Below are positions 60,671 through 64,000 of a stretch of DNA of 64,000 bases, piece after piece. A model generated the notes under the pieces. The model saw nothing but the letters and a program-made list of their open reading frames with translations. It had not been told where the DNA came from and did not search any database. The stretch comes from Mageeibacillus sp. UBA5734. Its GTDB lineage: Bacteria > Bacillota > Clostridia > Saccharofermentanales > UBA5734. Position 1 is the first letter of the stretch; each line of letters begins with the position of its first letter. A program made the position numbers and the translations under genes. The DNA lies in contig DIGA01000067.1 of NCBI GenBank assembly GCA_002419365.1, positions 4,586-68,585 on the forward strand, given 5' to 3'.

Positions 60671-62042
60671 AGGACAGCTCCATGACCATTCGAGACTGGT
60701 TGGCGAGGGACGATCTGGCGGGAGGTTGGACATAAAACTGGATACCGGCAGCATAATCCTGGGGGAATGTGCGCCGGATGCACCTGCTGATCCGCTCCAA
60801 CAGCGTGTCAGAAGGCAGGATCCACAGCATCAGGCGCAGATGGTCGGCATAGGAAACCACCAGTGGCTGATCCAGCAAAGACGGTGGAATCAAACGGATC
60901 GACTGGCCTGCGAGCAGCGCCGTCACGTCCTCATTGCCGCGGGCGATTGCCTGGACCAAGGCCAGGACATACGTGATGCTCTCCGGCTCGAGCACGACGC
61001 CGGTAGCCCCAGCCAGAATGGCCGCCAGTGTGACAGCCTGGGCACGCAGCAGGGCCATTTCATCTCCATCTGCCAGAAGGGCTGCCAGTTGGATGATGCT
61101 GCGGGCAGCGACCAGGCTTGTCTGAACCTTGCGCCGGGCAGTATCCGGATCCTCTGTGCCCATGATGATTTGTTCGATTTCAGCCGGACGGGCCTGGGCC
61201 AGGTCCGTTAGATCCAGGCCACTGATGGTCGAGAGCGGTTCACGCTTGCCATCCTCCTGGCGCACCGTAACAGCAGAAGTCAGATAGGCCAGGCAATACT
61301 CAGCCAGGCCTGCCTTCTGCACCAGAGGCGCCTCGGGACCGGCTGCCAGAGCGTCCATCCAGCCCGTCAGGCCAGAGAGCCAGCGGGATCCATCGGGCAA
61401 TGCCGCCAGAACGGAGCGCTGTCCTGCCAGTTCGCCGAGCCAGCCCAGTGTCTCTTCCAGAATCTCCAGCTTGTCTTGCTCCGTGACCTGGTCCAGGCTG
61501 TCCCGGACCAGGTCCGACAGTTGTCCAGCCAGATCCTCGTCCGGCAGGACCGAATCGCCAGAAGCCGCGCCCCCTTCCTGCGTCCAGGCGTCGGTGATAT
61601 CCCCCAGATCTGCCTGGGCCAGCCAACCCGATCCATCCGGCAATCCTGTCAACCGGTAAACCTGGTCCAGCCAGAGGACAGGCAGGCGGAGCTTCATGGT
61701 ACGCGCAATCTGGCTTTCCAGAACGGCCTGGTCGAGCAAATCCGCAGCCACCAACAGCCCTGCCGTCGAATCGGCAAACCGGTCCGGGACCAGGGTGCGA
61801 AAGACAGATATCTCAAAACTTTCTACGGGCACTCCAAACACACCAAATTGCTGGTAAAGGTCTGGATCGTAAGCGGCCAGGCTGGCTGACAACTGCTGCC
61901 GCATCGCCCGGACCAGTCCTGCCTCATCGTTGAAACGACGGGCAATCGCCAGACCTGTGGCAAAAACCAGTAAAAGAGGCAGGATGATGACAATCAGAAG
62001 CAGGCTGAGCGCACCGCGCCGGCACCGTACCGAAACGAGCAT
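60657..62042 (-). CDS. Hypothetical protein with a TadG-like N-terminal anchor (module gene 2)
   Basis: 461 aa. The N-terminus is MLVSVRCRRGALSLLLIVIILPLLLVFATGLAI. A strong SD GAGGAGGG lies 5 nt upstream of the ATG. The rest is Ala/Leu-rich and unassigned. Confidence 0.65.
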   Translation of the reverse strand: MLVSVRCRRGALSLLLIVIILPLLLVFATGLAIARRFNDEAGLVRAMRQQLSASLAAYDPDLYQQFGVFGVPVESFEISVFRTLVPDRFADSTAGLLVAADLLDQAVLESQIARTMKLRLPVLWLDQVYRLTGLPDGSGWLAQADLGDITDAWTQEGGAASGDSVLPDEDLAGQLSDLVRDSLDQVTEQDKLEILEETLGWLGELAGQRSVLAALPDGSRWLSGLTGWMDALAAGPEAPLVQKAGLAEYCLAYLTSAVTVRQEDGKREPLSTISGLDLTDLAQARPAEIEQIIMGTEDPDTARRKVQTSLVAARSIIQLAALLADGDEMALLRAQAVTLAAILAGATGVVLEPESITYVLALVQAIARGNEDVTALLAGQSIRLIPPSLLDQPLVVSYADHLRLMLWILPSDTLLERISRCIRRTFPQDYAAGIQFYVQPPARSSLANQSRMVMELSYALQ

Positions 62043-62054
62043 GACACCCTCCTC

Positions 62055-62315
62055 TCACCGTTCAACCAGGCCGATGATGTCTTCGGCCAGGGCCAGCCAG
62101 GCTACCACCAGTTGCGGGCTGGTCAGCAGGGCCGTGCGTTCATCCGCGGGGATCTGGTAAAGGGCCTCCAATGTCAGCTGGTCGTGCTGCTCAATCACAT
62201 ACTGCCTGGATGCCTGCTCATGTGCTTTCACAACGGGCAAGACCAGGCCCGTCGTCCCGGCCAGAGCCGAAAGTACGACGGGTACTACCAGTGCGGCCTG
62301 TAAACTCTGTGCCAT
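62055..62315 (-). CDS. Hypothetical small protein with a TadE-like hydrophobic N-terminus (module gene 1)
   Basis: 86 aa: MAQSLQAALVVPVVLSALAGTTGLVLPVV.. Its TGA stop lies within the SD region of gene 2. Its own SD lies inside a terminator stem. Confidence 0.5.
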   Translation of the reverse strand: MAQSLQAALVVPVVLSALAGTTGLVLPVVKAHEQASRQYVIEQHDQLTLEALYQIPADERTALLTSPQLVVAWLALAEDIIGLVER

Positions 62316-62353
62316 AGCAAAACACCCCCTGGTGACAAGCGTACCAGAGGGTG
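62316..62353 (-). terminator. Intrinsic terminator of the ABC transporter operon whose 3' arm contains the SD of the next gene
   Basis: The minus strand reads CACCCUCUGGU-ACGCUUGUC-ACCAGGGGGUG (11 bp with one G-U pair), then UUUUGCU, then the ATG at 62315. Confidence 0.6.
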
Positions 62354-62459
62354 TGAGATGAAATGGATAGAGTCATGCGACAAAACGCGACCAAATCCGA
62401 CAAGGGCTGAAATCGCGCTGAGCTCTCAACAGGCTCGGCCAAAGGGTTTCAGGCGCGTT

Positions 62460-63188
62460 TCAGTGGGTGAGCACCTTCGACAAAAACTCTTTTGTCCGCG
62501 GATTCTGCGGATTTTCGAAGATATCTTTCGGGGTGCCTTCCTCAGCAATCCGGCCTTCATCCATGAAAAACACCCGGCTCGCGACCCGGCGGGCAAAGCC
62601 CATCTCGTGAGTCACAACCACCATGGTCATGCCTTCCTCGGCCAACTCCTGCATGACATCGAGCACTTCACCAATCATTTCCGGATCGAGCGCTGATGTC
62701 GGTTCGTCAAAGAGCATGATCTCCGGATTCATGGCCAGGGCACGGGCAATGGCGATGCGTTGCTTCTGGCCGCCGGACAATTTGATCGGGTAGACATCGG
62801 CCTTTTCCCTGAGACCAACCCGGTCGAGCAGGGCATAGGCCTTTTCCTTCGCCTGCTCAGCGGTCATCAGGCCGAGCGTCGTTGGCGCCAAGGTGATGTT
62901 TTCCAGCACGGTCAGATGCGGGAACAGATTGAAATGCTGGAAGACCATGCCCATTTTGGCCCTGACTTTGTTCAGGTCCACACCGGGGGCTGTGATTTCC
63001 TCGCCATCGACAATGATCGTGCCGGCAGTCGGCAAGTCAAGCATGTTCAGGCAGCGCAGGAAGGTGCTTTTACCCGAGCCTGAAGGGCCAATCACGGCGA
63101 TCTTCTCGCCCTCATTGATGGTGGCATTGATGTCTTTGAGGACTTTGACCTCAGCAAAATCCTTGTAGAGATTCTTAACGGTTATCAC
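62460..63188 (-). CDS. Polar amino-acid ABC transporter, ATP-binding protein
   Basis: 242 aa with Walker A (GPSGSGKST), signature (LSGGQKQR) and Walker B ([11 protein letters not shown]). It starts at a GTG. Confidence 0.93.
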   Translation of the reverse strand: MITVKNLYKDFAEVKVLKDINATINEGEKIAVIGPSGSGKSTFLRCLNMLDLPTAGTIIVDGEEITAPGVDLNKVRAKMGMVFQHFNLFPHLTVLENITLAPTTLGLMTAEQAKEKAYALLDRVGLREKADVYPIKLSGGQKQRIAIARALAMNPEIMLFDEPTSALDPEMIGEVLDVMQELAEEGMTMVVVTHEMGFARRVASRVFFMDEGRIAEEGTPKDIFENPQNPRTKEFLSKVLTH

Positions 63189-63993
63189 TGCGGCGAAGTC
63201 TCCTTTCCAGACGGCCCACCAGATTCGTCAGACCGACGACCAGGGCCAGGTAAATCAGGGCAACAGCCAGGAGCGGCAGGAACGGATCGTACGTCTTGGC
63301 ACGGATCATGTCGCCGGAACGCGTCAAATCAGCGACCGCAATGAAGGCGGCAACGGAGGTCTCCTTCAGGAGGGTGATCAGTTCGTTGAACAACGCCGGC
63401 AAAATGTTCTTGAAGGCCTGGGGCAAAATGATCTTTTTCATCGTCGTGGCATAGGGCAGGCCCAGGGTCCGGCCCGCTTCCATCTGGCCGCGATCGACCG
63501 CCAGGATACCTGCACGGATGATTTCAGCCACATAGGCGCCGCTGTTGATCGAAAAGGCCAGGATCGCGACAAAAATCTTGTCAATGTTGACTGAGGCGAA
63601 GATCCCGTAATAGATGATCATCAGCTGGACAACCACAGGGGTGCCACGGATCACGGTCAGGTAGATGTTGGTGAAGCGGGTCAGGAAGAAAATGTACTTG
63701 CCATTGCCTTCCAACACTTTGACCAGGGCCAGGAAAAGGCCAATAAACGTGCCAGCGATGACGGAAAACACTGTGATCTGGAGTGTGACCAGAAGGCCGT
63801 TGACCAGGAGCAGGTAGCGGTCGGCCTTGATGAAATCATTATAGAAGTTGGTCTGCAGCGTCTCCAGTACCGGAATCTGGAAACCCAGCCGGTCCTGGAA
63901 GGCGACCAGCAGGGAGATGGCCGCTACCAGAGCGAGGCCTGCGAGGGTCATGATGGCGCCCCAGCGTTTGTACTTGATCTGGTCCGATGGCAT
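63175..63993 (-). CDS. Polar amino-acid ABC transporter permease (His/Glu/Gln/Arg/opine family)
   Basis: 272 aa with the EAA-loop region ..[23 protein letters not shown].. It overlaps the ATPase gene by 14 nt. Confidence 0.9.
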   Translation of the reverse strand: MPSDQIKYKRWGAIMTLAGLALVAAISLLVAFQDRLGFQIPVLETLQTNFYNDFIKADRYLLLVNGLLVTLQITVFSVIAGTFIGLFLALVKVLEGNGKYIFFLTRFTNIYLTVIRGTPVVVQLMIIYYGIFASVNIDKIFVAILAFSINSGAYVAEIIRAGILAVDRGQMEAGRTLGLPYATTMKKIILPQAFKNILPALFNELITLLKETSVAAFIAVADLTRSGDMIRAKTYDPFLPLLAVALIYLALVVGLTNLVGRLERRLRRSDNR

Positions 63994-64000
63994 GGTACAC

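Overview
This is a 64-kb chromosomal window that looks moderately GC-rich by eye, with almost all genes on the minus strand. Gene content and synteny point to a Clostridia-class Firmicute: dnaG-sigA-trmK-nif3, comM-dprA-topA-trmFO, queA-tgt-yajC followed by a SCIFF peptide locus, and a type-A RNase P RNA. This taxonomic call is an inference from synteny only. Most of the window is housekeeping: rnhA, proC, metY, pnp, rpsO, rnpB, dnaG, rpoD, tgt, queA, dapAB, trmFO, topA, dprA, ychF, coaE, polA, secA, three tRNAs and an amino-acid ABC transporter. I found no CRISPR array, reverse transcriptase, transposase or integrase. These regions deserve a second look: (1) A 7.2-kb island sits behind tRNA-Trp, bounded by a perfect 48-bp duplication of the tRNA 3' half. 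It carries only a type I R-M operon (hsdR-hsdS-hsdM) plus repeat-bearing AT-rich arms and has no integrase. (2) A 48-codon SCIFF (ranthipeptide) precursor gene is missing from the ORF track. It has a radical-SAM/SPASM maturase and an attenuator hairpin between the two genes. (3) An orphan three-gene module encodes proteins with TadE/TadG-like N-termini. Its first ribosome-binding site is buried in the 3' arm of a terminator hairpin. (4) A 1006-aa GH2 (LacZ-like) homologue has both catalytic glutamates and the metal ligands replaced, and it is apparently co-transcribed with metY. (5) A roughly 1440-aa fused double activase plus dehydratase-like protein is translationally coupled to RidA. (6) An mtaD-ahcY-punA cluster fits a deamination-first S-adenosylhomocysteine recycling route. 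(7) An ECF sigma/anti-sigma pair is translationally coupled to polA-coaE. All family assignments come from motif recognition by eye; no database search was run.
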